Origin: Ruditapes philippinarum
Taxonomy: Eukaryota
DNA: 64,000 nucleotides
NCBI RefSeq assembly: GCF_026571515.1
Contig: NW_026854550.1
Coordinates: 1-64,000 of the forward strand
Direction: 5' to 3'
Shown: in pieces, positions 25,040-38,340 of the stretch
Layout: the number at the start of each line of letters is the position of its first letter
How positions within the stretch are numbered: the first letter of the stretch is position 1
Translations under genes and position numbers: made by a program
The notes under the pieces: generated by a model
Seen by the model: only the letters and a program-made list of their open reading frames with translations
The model's database searches: none
Told to the model about the DNA's origin: nothing

Positions 25040-25390
25040 CGGATTAAGTTTGTACATGAGGGATAATGAAATAGTGTAACATCCCTCAAGCCCACAATCA
25101 CCGGAAGTGCTACCCAATTTTCAACACTTAAACACGCTGGAATCAATGGTACCGAAGGACCAGAAAAATATAACAACGATGAAGTGAATGAAGTACGGGG
25201 CAACTTTTTACAGCTGCCACACGCCACTTGACACCTGTTATTGTGAAGTATAAAAATTTGGGGGGGGGGGGGCATTATCCCTCGAAAAGCATTAATCACA
25301 AAACAAATTTAAACTTTTAAAATTTGAAAAAACGGTTTGTTTTAAGTTTGTATATGGGGGGGGGGAAAATAGACTTGCAAATTAGCGGGG
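25040..25390 (-). repeat. Structured repeat family A, diverged head-to-tail copy (~1.2 units)
   Basis: Reverse-complement match to 38341-38645; a second unit restarts at atccctcgaaaagcatt (~25277). Confidence 0.75.
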
Positions 25391-26414
25391 GATGCATTTT
25401 TTAAATTAGTTTTTTGGCCAAAAATAAGGGTCATTTTAATAGAAAAAAATTTTTTAAAATTAAACAAAAATCAATTAAAATTTTAGGGGAGGAAAATATT
25501 TTTATCAAAAATTTACTTTTCATGCAGATCTTTTAATAAAAATTTACGGGGGGTTGTTTAAATTGTTAAATTGTACCCTTTACGTTCAGGTTTGGTAGGT
25601 TTTTTTAAACAGTTTTGGTTCAAAAATTCATTTTTTGCGGATCAGAAAAGAATGTCTTTGAAGGGCTGGGGTCAGACTTTTGAGCTTTAAAACTTGTCAT
25701 GACAATTTTCCCTTTCCATGATACCGTAAAATTTCCCTTTTTTGCCTGGAGATCTTTTTTTTAAAACCCGGGGGAATTGGTGAACTCAATATCCGTACGG
25801 AGGGGCCTTTAAAGGGCATATTAGGTACAAGAGGGGGGATTTTTTTTAAATAAATGCCCTGAGGTCAGCTTTGCTTGTAAATTATAAACATTTTTGGGCC
25901 CTTCCCAATTTAGTATAGGAATTTTCAGCATTCAGGAGAGATAAAGAATTTGGGTTGTTTTTAAATTTTGGGGGGGGTAATGTTTTTTGGCAATTTTTTT
26001 AAAGGGGGTTACTAGCAGTGCGGGTTTAGGTTTGTATATTAAATTTTACTATTTTTTCCCAATAAGATTTAAAATTTTTATAAAAATGGGGTGGGGATGG
26101 GTCATTATATACAAAAGTAAATACTAATTGTTTAAAAATCCCGTTGTATATAGAAAAAATGAAAATTTTACATTTATCTTTTTGGCCACTTGACTCTTTT
26201 ACTTTTTTTGGGAACAAAACTTATTTTTTATGAATTCTGGTGAACTAAATTATGGTTATGAAAAGTAAAGTTAAAAATATTAAATGTTTGTTTCATTTTC
26301 ACTTTCAATGAATTCTATTAGGAAACAGTGTACACAAAACCTATCGTTATTTTCACATAATATGTACAAATCACTTATGATCCATTAGTTTAAATACAAT
26401 GTATATTGTTTTAT

Positions 26415-27880
26415 TTATTGCCTATGTTGTTGTCTTACTCTGCGCGGCCGGTAGATAGTATCAATATATTTATTCCAGATTTGGTCTCTGCAGTTGTAGT
26501 TGTAAGGCTTGTAATTCTTTTTTACCACGTTGCCTGCGTGGTGCTCGTGGATCTTTTTGGATTCCATACTGATGTATGCTCCCGGTCAACATTGTGATTC
26601 CAATGCAGAACACTTTGCATTGACCGGACTTGATATGTGTCATCACTGAATGCAATCCTCTTATCCTGGAAGATGTTCATCACATAATTGAACGATTCCA
26701 CGTATGATGTGTCCCTAGCCAGTATATAGTCTTGGGGAGATTTATAAATCACCGACTTTTCAATGACAGTCTGTTACATTTTTTTCTGCTTTTGGGTCAG
26801 TAATGACTGTCCTTGAAGGTTCAAAGTTAGGATCCTTTTTGCATCTGGATGTTTGGTAACAATCGCTGTCAGCTCATTTTTATAATGTGAGGTAATATTC
26901 TTCAGAAGTTTCTTCAGATTTTCCGGATTGCTCGCGCAGTTTCTGATTGCCCAGTGAAAATGAGTGGCAATTGGTTCAACCTTGTCTACCAACTGCTCCG
27001 ACCAAGTATTCCCTTGCTTGTATTTTGGTCCAGAAGATACCACTTTCATTGCTTTCTTCACAGATTTCACTCCATGCCATGAGTCATTCTGGTTCAGAGT
27101 ATCAGGCCTGTCTTTCACCATCTTATTAATGGACATGTTCCTGTCGTGTGTATGCACATTCACAGTTACATCTTTGGAATCAAAGTATTCATATGCTTTT
27201 TCAGTTCCAACTTTCTCATGTCTCTGTGACACAATATCATCAGACTTTGTTACAGTCACACATTGAAGGACTTTGTGTGATTATTCACCAAGCGCAACGA
27301 TGCTGCTGTCTTTGGCATTTTTCTCCAACCATGCCGAGCGTCAGTCATGATGTCAATGCCATCGAGGTCTTCATACCAGGCGATTTCCTCAAGTAAAGCT
27401 TCATCAATTGATGATTCATATGCCTCCTTGACACTTTGATTGAAGACCTTTGATATGTTTTGTCTCTTTGGTTTTGTAATACTACCAATATTTGCTGTAT
27501 CAGCAAACCTTGTGTAGTGAACAGGCAGCATTCCACTACATGTTATTGCATGATGCATTCTGTGGTTGACAAGAAATTCATTATTTGGCAGTAGGGTGAC
27601 TACGACCACTTGGTAATGTGTGGGTTCTCTGCATTATCGCACTGTAATGTATTTACCACTACATGTCCACGGTACACAGTTTTTACAATTTTCTGTTTAT
27701 GTCTACATAACCTAGCATGATTTTCTGATATTGTCACCAGCCGTTTGCAACGATGTTGATGCCGTCACAAATAGGCTATCTTCAGTGTCTTTTCTGTCCC
27801 ACTTGTGCAAAAGATGTAGTTGTTGAGTCGTCTTTCTCACTAGGATCATGACTGTCAATCCAATAATTGAGAACAGAAAT
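26415..27880 (-). pseudogene. Kolobok-like DDE transposase (multiple frameshifts)
   Basis: Consecutive ORF pieces give IMTDARHGWRK, HTHDRNMSI, QNDSWHGVK, TSYVESFN...QDKRIAF...RS...HWNHNVDR. This parallels the DxR / TDR / DxWH / E...KR..F / NxNxxR motif order of Kolobok transposases. Confidence 0.65.
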
Positions 27881-28723
27881 CTAAAATATCACCATTGTTG
27901 ACTGCTCTGTTTAATAATTCTGTCAATCTGTCCCCTTACATGTTGCATTTTTTTTTGCATTAAATTCCTGTTTTTTGTCAGATTCACCAGGTATTTAAAT
28001 TTTAAAACTAGGTGGTCTTCTTCTATTCATGTTCAATAATTCCCAATGATCAACCTTGTATACGTGTATAATATTCCTTTTTATTTTTAGTCACAAAGAG
28101 TTGAAGTCTGTCCTTTTTGTGTTTGGGGTCCGCCTGGGCTCCTTGCCGTTGGTTCTTGTTGCTGGGTCATATGGGGGTTGCGTTCATTGAACGCCGCCTT
28201 TCCTTGTTGATCTTGTTTTTCATATTTGATAGGGATTTGGTATATATCTTAGGTAATTAATTATTTGGGGGAGTCCTTCTGTATCTAGGGTGAGGAAGAC
28301 GGGAAATATATTAATTTCAATCAAATTATGGCATTGTCAAAATTCAAGGTATTATACCTTAGATGTGTTTCAATTGTAATATAGACTGTGTACATGAACA
28401 GAGTCGAATTATATACTAAATAATAATGCATTTACTTCACTTTTTCTTTAGATTACATACTTTACCTATTACACTAGATAGACTATTCCAATTTTGTGTT
28501 AGAACTGTCCAATACCTCACCACTTGATCATAAAGTAATAACAGTGATTTTATCTATAGTGCAAATGAGAAACACATGTTTCATGCTGTGTACTTGTGCA
28601 GTGTGTGTCAATAATCAGTTTTCAGAGAAAGATCATTCTGATATATATCTAAATTATAACATTTACATGTATATATAAATTATTGGTGTGCTAATAGTGA
28701 TTTGGACTTGGATACTTTGTTCA

Positions 28724-29261
28724 ATGGCTGAGGAAACTATCAGGGTAACGCTTGAATTATTACCAGAGCAATTAGAGACAATTAATCAACTGTTTAATTA
28801 TAATGACTGGGACTACAGGGAAATTTCAAAGACAAAACATTAGTTCAGAAGTGTCAACTCAAACTTGTAGAGAAGATGAAAATGATAGCAATGTGACAAA
28901 CTTTCGGATCCAACAAGATCATGACCAAGAAGAGCGTATTTACTGTCTGTGTAGGCCATGCATAACAGATGAAAGGAACAGGCAACTTTGGTGGGAATCT
29001 AAAAAATAGCCCTCCCAACTCAAGGAATAGCAGCTTACGCAAGGAATTATACAAGCACTTTTGGACAATGCTACTTCATCGTAATGCATGGTCAGATCTG
29101 CGTTATGTCGAAGCAAAAACTGCTGCTCTACAGGGGACAGGCGATTTAGAAAATATGTGTGGCACAGGCGTGATATTATACCGAAATGTGTTTTAAACAT
29201 TGTGAGGGAGTGGTTCCCGAATCCAGTTGGTGAACCATACATGGGCCACTTGTGGGAATAG
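28724..29261 (+). pseudogene. P2X7 C-terminal (ballast)-like protein, probable second Kolobok ORF; about 3 frameshifts
   Basis: Reconstructed MAEETIRVTLELLPEQL...YCLCRPCIT...LRKELYKHFWTML...RRDIIPKCVLNIVREWFPNPVGEPYMGH* matches the RxxIPxCVxxxIRxxFPxxxGxYxG signature. Confidence 0.65.
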
Positions 29262-30349
29262 ACAGTGATGCACATTTGGGTGATACATAAATTTGTCCAT
29301 GAATGTTTCTTTTACAGAACAATCAATATATCAACAATTAACTTATAGTGATGTCATTTCAAGTTAATAAATTCATGATTGTAGGGATGGAATATAAAAA
29401 AATCAATAAATAAAAATTCAAGTTCATTGCTTGCATAGTATTTCTCTGGTAGTATTTATTGCCCTAGTATTTATTTCCCCGCCATCTGTCAAACTCTACT
29501 GTGAAAATGTTTATACCTAGAGAGATGTAGTTGGCTGAGAGAAAGGTCAAAACCTCTGTACAACTGTCAATCAAATACACAGGGAAATTTGAATTTTTAA
29601 CTGTTTTCAAAAAAAGATTTTTTTAAAGTAGTACTTCTAAGTATCACAGAGATCTGTAACTTTCAAGGAATGCTGCTTACATGATAAAGAAGTGATGTGC
29701 CAATTTATAGCAAATAATATGAGGTATGTCTCTCTAAATTTTGAATTTCATTTTTTCTATCTCTCTCTGATTATGCTAGCAGTCAGCATACAGAGTTCAA
29801 CAGCAGTGGCCATTTTTCTGCTTTTAATACTTGTTCCCAGGCCTTTAAGTTTACTATGTGAAAATAAGAAGGGGAAGTAAGTAGACATTTGTAGACATAT
29901 GAATGGAAATCAAAATTAAGAAAAAAAAATACAAACAACAAAAACATAAATATGTAAGGTGTCTTGTCCTCATGCAGTCCTATACGGGAAAAATCCATAT
30001 TGGTCAAAAACAAGTTCAATATACTCATAAAGCCCTTTTAAATTAATGATATGCTTTCCTTAATAAATTAACCCAAAAAACCTAAAACAAGTCCCCAATT
30101 TTTCCAACATTTTCTTATTTATACCAAAATTTTTATAAACATTAATAAACCAACTAAAAGGGGAAAATTTTTATAAGCAATTATCCGATAAAAATTTAAT
30201 TAAAGTTTGATCAAAAAAATCTTCTTTTCAAAAAACACCAACTCAAAAAATGAAGTTTTTGCAAATAAAGCACGTATCTCCCCCAAAAAAGTTTTGGAAT
30301 CCTTCCCCCGGGAACAACTCAAAAAATAATTAAGCCGAGCCCTTTTTTT

Positions 30350-33300
30350 TAATTTTATTTTTTTTTTTAGTTTTTGTTTTTTTTGTTTTTTACGGCACGT
30401 CAACACATAACTGGCCATATCGTCCCGAAGCTATAAAGGTTTTAAAATTTTATGAAAAACATTGAAAAGACAATGAAATAGAATTAGATCCTAGAATAAA
30501 ATTTTTCCTTTTAAAAAATAAATTTTATTTTTTAAATTTTTTAAAAAAATTCTTTGATAAATTTTAAAAAAAATTTTTACCCGGGAAAAAAACATTCAAA
30601 AAAAACACAGAAAATTTTTCATTAAAACCCTAAAAAAAGGGGCTTGCTTTTGTGGGGAGAAAAGATGGGTAATTTAGTGTGCCAATTCGGCATCGAAAAA
30701 AGACGTTTGATACGGCTTTTTGACAGAGATAAGATTACTTCAAAAGATGGGTTTATATCGGAATTTTTTTAAAACGCATTGCCCCAATTTTTTCCATTCA
30801 GGATACGGTTTTTTTATACGGTTAAAAATCAAACAGGAAACAAAATCAGTTTTAAATTTTAATTTTATTTTTTACAAACACTACTTTTTTTTCCCGTACC
30901 CCAATGGTTTGGAACCCAAAATTTTTTTAAATATTTTTTTTAATACATGAAACGAAAAAAAATTTTTTTTCCCAAATTTTGTCTTTTTTTTTTTTAATGG
31001 ATTTTAAAAACAGAACGATCAAAAAACAAAATTTACGGGGTTTTTGCTGTGCTATAAAACAAGCTAAATAATTTTTCTTCAGCAAAAAAATTGGCTTTTA
31101 TTTAACCTAACTAAAAAAACTAAAAAAACACCGCCCCATTTTGAAACCCTTTCTTTTGAACCGTCCGTATAAATATGTATAAAATCTCAGTTTTTTCCTT
31201 AATTGCAGAAATTCTTTAAAAATTTAAGTAAATTTTGATCCCTTTTTTTAATTTTTAAAAGGGTTTAATATTTTTTTCCCGGGGGAATTTAAAAAATCCA
31301 AGGGAACACCCTATCCTTTTTAAGGATACTGGGGTTTAATTTTTAATTTTACTAAATATTTTTTAAACGGACCTAATTTTAATTTCCTTGGTTCTAACAA
31401 ATTTTTCAGTGTAACTTGGTTTGAAAATAATATTTTTAGCTGGATTTTTCCTATTAGATGAAATTCTAGTTGCATATTGAAGTGATAGTTTTTTACGACG
31501 AAGATAAAGCGATGGTTCCCCAGCTTCCGCATATAGACTTTCTACAGGTGAAGTGCGAAAAGCACCTAAAGCTAAACGTAAACCCTGGTGATGTATGGTA
31601 TCTAGCATTTGAAGATATGATTTTCTTGCGGACCCATATACTACAGAACCATAATCTAATTTTGATCGGATAAGACTTCTGTATAATTTCAGTAATGTGG
31701 AAGAATTTGATCCCCAATTTGTACTTGATAAAACCTTGAGTAAATTTAAAGCTTTTAGGCATTTAGTTTTCAAATGTTTAATATGTGGTATAAAAGAAAG
31801 TTTTTTATCAAATATAATTCCTAGAAACTTAGCTTCATCAACTACTGGAATTTTAGAACCAGATATGTAAAGTTCAGGGTCATTATGTTGTTTTCGCAAT
31901 CGGCAGAAATGAACACATTGAGTTTTTGACTTTGAAAATTTAAACCCATTTTCTATTGCCCACTTCTGAATTTTATCTAAATTTTGTTGAAGTTGCCGTT
32001 CAATTGTTCTCATACTTTTCGATCGATAGCAGATAAGGAAATCGTCTACATATAGAGAACAATCTATGCCTGGTGTAAGAGCGCTAGCAATATTGTTTAT
32101 TTTAAGGCCAAAAAGTGTAACAGAAAGTATGCTTCCTTGAGGAACACCTTGTTCTTGTTGGTGATCCTCAGAAAAAGTTGAACCAAGTCTTACTTTAAAG
32201 TGCCTATCGTTTAAAAATCCAGAAATGAAAAGAGGAAGTCTGCCTTTAAGTCCAGCATCCTTTAGATCTTTTAGGATACCATATTTCCAAGTAGTATCGT
32301 AAGCCTTCTCAAGATCAAAGAAAATTGATACCAGGTGTTGTTTATTTACAAAGGCTTCTCTAATAAAAGTTTCAAGTCGTACAAGATGATCGTTTGTACT
32401 TCGCTGTTTACGAAAACCTGACTGAAAATTAGTAATAATTCCATTATTTTCTAGATACCAAACTAACCGATTATTTATCATTCTTTCGAATGTTTTGCAG
32501 AGGAAACTCGTCAGTGAAATTGGGCGATAATTTGTAGGGTCAGTTGAATCTTTTCCAGGTTTAGGGATAGGAATAACCAACGCATTTTTCCAAGTGTTAG
32601 GAAATTCACCAGAAACCCAAATTCTGTTAAAAATTTCTAGAAGCAAGTCAAGAGATTGGGGCGGTAGGTGTTTAAGAAACTGGTAGTAAATTTCGTCCGG
32701 GCCTGCAGCACTGTCTTTTGCAGTTTTAATTGAATAAATTAAGTCGTCAATAGAGAAAAGGGAATTATAGTCTTCGTCATTTCTTGAAGTAAAATTAATA
32801 TGTTCTTTCTCAGCTTTACATTTGTGCTGTTGAAATTAACTTGAATAATTGTTTGAAGAAGAGTTCTTTTCAAATGTTTTAGCCAAAGTTTCTGCAATAT
32901 CCGTTTTTGTTTTGGCATATTGGCCATCACCAGTTTTCAAGTGAACAATTGGACTCTTTTTATACTTACCACTTATTTTCCGTACTGCATCCCAGACTTT
33001 CTTAATAGGAGTATTTGAATTAATATTTGAAACATATGATTGCCAGGATTTGCGTTTAGACAAACGAATTGATCTTCTAGCTTTAGCTCTAAATATTCTA
33101 TAATTTTCAAGGTTTTCTGTTGTAGGGCGATGTTCAAACTTTTTTAGTGAAGCTTTACGTATGCGAACAGCTTTTTTACATTCATCGTTAAACCATGGCT
33201 TTTTGATTTTGTTACTATTACTTTTTGTTAATGGAACAACTTTGCAGGCAATAGTATGTAATGCTGAAGAAAACGTTTCAGCTATATCAGCAGAAGTGAA

Positions 33301-36050
33301 ATTAAATTCATTTTTTGTTAGATCAATGGAACAGAGCCTAGAAAATGTTTCCCAATCTGCTTTCTTAAATTCAAAAAATTGACGTCTTTCATCTGGTATA
33401 GAGTCATTTGATGTAAGTAACAATGGAAAATGATCACTGCCGTACTGGTCATCTAACACTTTCCAATCGAAGTCCAAGAATATAGCAGAGTGGACAATCG
33501 AGAGGTCGATGCAAGAAAACGTACCTGTAGCTGGATGTAAATATGTAGGTGACCGATTGTTTAATAAACAAAGCTGAAAGTTATCTATCAATTTTTCAGT
33601 TATATTACCCTTGTTATTTGTAGATGTACTGCCCCACATAGGATTATGAGCATTAAAGTCGCCTAAGAGAAGGAAATGTGATGGTAATTGTCGAACAATA
33701 CTCTCAAGTTCATCACTTGTTACCGTTATATTTGGAGAAAGGTATAGAGAACAAATTGTAAGAGGTCGATGTAAGGTCACCTGCACAGCTATGGCTTGTA
33801 ATCTTGTATTAAGTTTTAGTTCTTTTTGTGGAACGCAATTTGCGATAGCAATGCTTGTACCACCTGATGTTCTGGCGTTACTAGTGCATATATAGTTATA
33901 TAGTGTATAACCTTTTTATAGAGATATTATCTTTAGGAGATAACATGGTCTCCTGAAGACATAACACATTTGGAGATAATTTTGATAAAAGTAGAAGTAG
34001 ATCATTATAATTTGACTTTAGACCACGGCAATTCCATTGTAGGATAGAATGATTTCTATTATCCATTTTAAAGAAAATTTATATCATTTAGGAAACTTTA
34101 TTGGACTTCTGCTATTCGGAGTTGGAGGAGGGGAGAGGTATAGGTCCTCATCCTCCATCAATTGGGTGTCGTGAAGTGGATCGAACCGATTTTCTGTGTT
34201 GATCGGGTTCCGCATTGCTTTTTTTTCAACCGATCTGTGATGACAATTCGCTCTTTAGGCGATTGTTTTTGAATAACTTTCTCAGAAGATGCTATTTGAA
34301 TGCTTGCGGTTTGCTTCTTTGGAGAAGACTTTAATGGTGACTGAGTCTGCACAGAGGTAGACTGCTTACTTTGTGAAGCTGTATGCTTTGAAGGTAATGG
34401 TAACTTAATTGGGGGGCATTGACATAAGTTGACCTGTACTGCAGAGTCAACCATCTTAACAGACTTTGTAACTGCAGCTGAATACGACAGTTATTTTTGG
34501 TCCTTGTGATTCAAACAATGCTTACGTGCATCTTGAAAGGAAATATTTTTGCGTATACTTCTGACGTAGAATTTTCTTTTTCCTTTAACCACAAGGGGGC
34601 ATGACCGGGAGGTGGCGGTTAATGCTCTCCTCCACAGTTGGCACATTTGACAGGGGACCTTACAACTCATTTTTTTCATGGTTTTTGAACTGCATTCTCG
34701 GCAAATAGTCTGCCGCACAATTTGATTCATTGATGACCAAATTTTGAAGCATTTTGTAACATTTGTTGGGTTTGAATGTAAACCACAACGCGATCTTTAA
34801 GGTAACCTACTCGAATCGATGATGAAAAGAATGGGTTATAGAGAATGTAACTATGAGGCTATTCGTCTTGGCACTTTATTCTTTTGTAGAATAAATGCGC
34901 TTGATATTGAAACTTTGTGCGATTTTAACTCTTCAGCAATATCATTTCTCTGCCATTCCAGCAAGGTCAGCACATTTTGATAACGCCCTTGCTGGAGTTC
35001 AGAGACTGGTGAGGCGTGGCAGTTGAATCGATATTGAAGAAGGTTGTGCATTTCAAAATATTTTCTGCTTGTTGCTTTCGCTCTACCTCTATCAAGAGTC
35101 CACCATTGCGGAGTTTCTTGACAGATTTAGGCGTACAATTAAAGCTGAAAGTTGTTTTTCTATAATGAAAGGGCTAAGTTCAGTTAGTGATTTTGAGCTG
35201 TTTGATTTAATTATCAGAAAACGGGGAAAACTTCCATCAACTGAATCGTTACAAATTGAATCTTCTTGCGATTTTCGTTTTTTGGTTTGGGAATCCATGA
35301 TAAATATATGAAAAATTCGTCTCCCGGGTTCCCCAGCCACCTCGGACTCCAACATGGGGATGTGCGATGGAGACGGATATCCAGTCTCCGCACAACAAGG
35401 CTACCAGAGAGATATACTTGTATAGATTGTAAATAATTACAATTTACACAATTAGCCCATTAGCCACCGCCTTCTTGGATATGTTATAATGTATTTATAA
35501 TGCAAATGTGAAAGATTGTTGTAATATAACGGCACCCATAATTACAGTTTTAGTAGGAATTGAAAGGTATAATAGAATCACAAGTAGGAATAAAAATTGA
35601 ATTGTATTCATTTCGGGACCGTGTAAGTTCAATGAAATCTGCAATTGGTTTAGAAATATATATCCAAGGGCAAGGCATGACCAGCCGATTGACCAAAAAG
35701 CCGGGCTCACTTGGCCACCCGTCTACCCTAAATCAGAGGCCAAAGCAGTGTGTTGGGAGTACTGGAGATCCCTGGGTATCCCTCAACTACCAGGACCCTC
35801 TTTTCTAGGTTACGGGACGCTGCCCACGGCAAACAGGCAGTCTGGGTGTTGGCCATATGTCCGTCATACAGGCACACAGCAGCGTACCTCCATAACGGAC
35901 ATATGTTACTCCTCCTCACCACGTAGAGGAACCCAAAAGAGGAGGCTTTTTCTAGGTACGGAGTTATACATTTTATTGAACACATACCGGTATGCTTTGT
36001 GCATATCCTGGTTACCAATAGCCTGAAGCCTGACGCTTGAAAACGATGTT
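30350..36050 (-). mobile_element. Near full-length Nimb/I-clade LINE (ORF1 with zinc knuckle; ORF2 APE-RT-RNase H)
   Basis: ORF1 ~35298-34084 (PRFLII...SPFIIEK, frameshifted). ORF2 from ATG 34066 (ILQWNCRGL, GDFNAH, SDHFP, YRPISLTS, DLEKAYD, QGSILS, YVDD, IYTDGSK at ~31150-31170). 3' tail atatggcc..tgttgacgtgccgtaaaaaac at ~30370-30425. Confidence 0.92.
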
Positions 36051-36661
36051 TCCATCGTGGCTAAACATTGCCGAATACCGTCGCAGCACTTCCGGGCTTG
36101 TCCGTGATAATCTAAAATTAAATAATAAGGTAGGCTTATACTTGTACCATTTCATTATTTACATGTTCTTTTAATTATTTTTTACTATTTAAGAAGTTTC
36201 TAAATGCAAAGAAAAATCTCTAAGATTCCTTGAAAAATACATCATGGTTAAACGTATCTTTTCCCAATATATTCTCGTGTTTTACATTGATTTACATTGC
36301 TATGAGATTCTGAAGTTCTGAAATGATATGAAAGAAAGACAAGTCTTGATATCCGTGTAATATTTTTAGTTTATGTTTAAAAGGAGAGATTCCTGGTACC
36401 AATAATAATAGCATATCAACCAAGCTGGAACTTTTGGGTCAAAATGGAAAAATGTCTCATGTTTTACTGTTGAGCTATATGGTAAATACAGATACGTCTT
36501 GTAGATGTATTTTTCGATTTACTCACATATATAATGCGTCATTTTCGCGACGTCAAGTGTCAAAACATGATCTTATAAATGGATAAACATTTTAACCTAG
36601 CAGACGGTTTCAATATCGTACTTTTTCACAAAAATACACACATTTGATATATCGTATTTCA

Positions 36662-37231
36662 TTCCCTGTCATTTGATGTGCTATATTATCTGAAAAGGTT
36701 GCCTAGGCAACGAGAACGCGCCTATGGAATAAATATTGATCTTCTACCTGGGACTTCGATGTCATGACATTCCTATAGTCAACAAATAAGCTCTTCTCGT
36801 TATCAAATATATTTCCCTGACATTTTCATTAAAGTATTAGTTAGTTTTGCCTGTTTGGTTGGCTTGTTGGGGTTTGAGTCAAATCAGCACTGTAATGTTT
36901 AATCAGCGAATGACCAGCTTTACTGGTGGCTAAAGATCTTGGGTGCCCCTCCGTGCAATATTCAGCCATGGGCGGGAAACTGAACTTATCGTCACTGACC
37001 TTAGTAAAAAACAAGAAAAGCTTTCGATATCACATTTGAGTGTAATTCAAATCGCTTTCCCTGTCATTTGATGTGCTATATTATCTGAAAAGGTTGCCTA
37101 GGCAACGAGAACGCGCCTATGGAATAAATATGATCTTCTACCTGGGACTTCGATGTCATGACATTCCTATAGTCAACAAATTAGTCATAAATAAGCAAAT
37201 ATATTTCCCTGACATTTTCATTGAAGTATTA
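36662..37231. repeat. ~175-bp direct repeats (36662-36839, 37057-37231) flanking a duplicated SINE 3' segment
   Basis: ttccctgtcatttgatgtgct...aagtatta occurs twice; the intervening 36840-37056 matches 38329-38340 plus 38646-38853. Confidence 0.9.
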
Positions 37232-38340
37232 ACAAATAAGGAAAAAATAATAAAAACGACAAACAAGTTATTAATACGTACATATATATGTACTTTTATT
37301 TGATTCTGGTGAGATAACGAATCAATATATGGCTAATAATGTTTTATATGTTTATCGCATCTATATACGCAGGAAAAAATAATTATTTTAATGAAAGGAA
37401 TACCAGAAAAAGAAACGGGAATTGTCAAAATGAATTTATATTAGGCTCCATACGTGTGACAGCATAAAATTACCAGCCTATATCACACCTTTAACGTTAC
37501 GGCCTCTGTTGCAATGAATCATTATTTCGTTTTCGACTAATTTCTTCATTCTTTTTTCAAAGACTTACAACAGCCTATTATTAAGTATATGAAAGTATGT
37601 TTTGAAAAGAAAAGTCATTTTCCAGCAGTTTTCACATGGCATTGACAGTGGCGGTATAATTCCATTCAAACTGTTCAGCAAATATATTCGAAGCTTGCTT
37701 TAAAATATTTTAACTCTGAAGTTCGCCCACATTTCATTAAACTTAAATGCCTAGATAAATACATATTTTCTCTTACAATTTTTAGAAAATAAGAAACATA
37801 GGGTCATGATATATTGTTACATGCTTAAGATGCGTCATGCGTGAAGTCGACACCATGTCCAAATGCATGTACTCAGATATGCGCAAATATTACATATAAA
37901 ATCACCAGGTATAGCACTCACATAACAAAACATAAATATTATATAAGCACATGAATACCTTGACAGAAAGTGTATATCTCCCCAACTGTAGATTTCAGTG
38001 CTTTCACCAACGTATCCACTGGAAATTTATCATTTACAACGTCGTCGGGTCCATCTATCCAACCCATGTTTTCTTCTCTTTCACTTAACCATCCTTATGC
38101 TTTGTAAGACAATATATCTGTTTAAAGCTCATTTCAAAATATAATTATCCCCCTTTGTATTCAGCGTCATCTCATTATATGATGTACATTACCTGAGGAA
38201 ACCATCGATTTCAGAAAGTAGTCCAGCGCATTAGAATTCGCTGCGCGGAAATGATGCGCCCTCGAGCCGATATTAATAGTGGTTTTCCGTTTATATATTT
38301 AACACATTCAGCCCACCCCTTTTTATCAGTTAGTTTTGCC

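Noticed and set aside
25800-30050. Long terminal direct repeats of a KolobokP-type element
   Set aside because: No direct repeat detectable between the presumed ends; both lie in garbled sequence, so this is untestable here.
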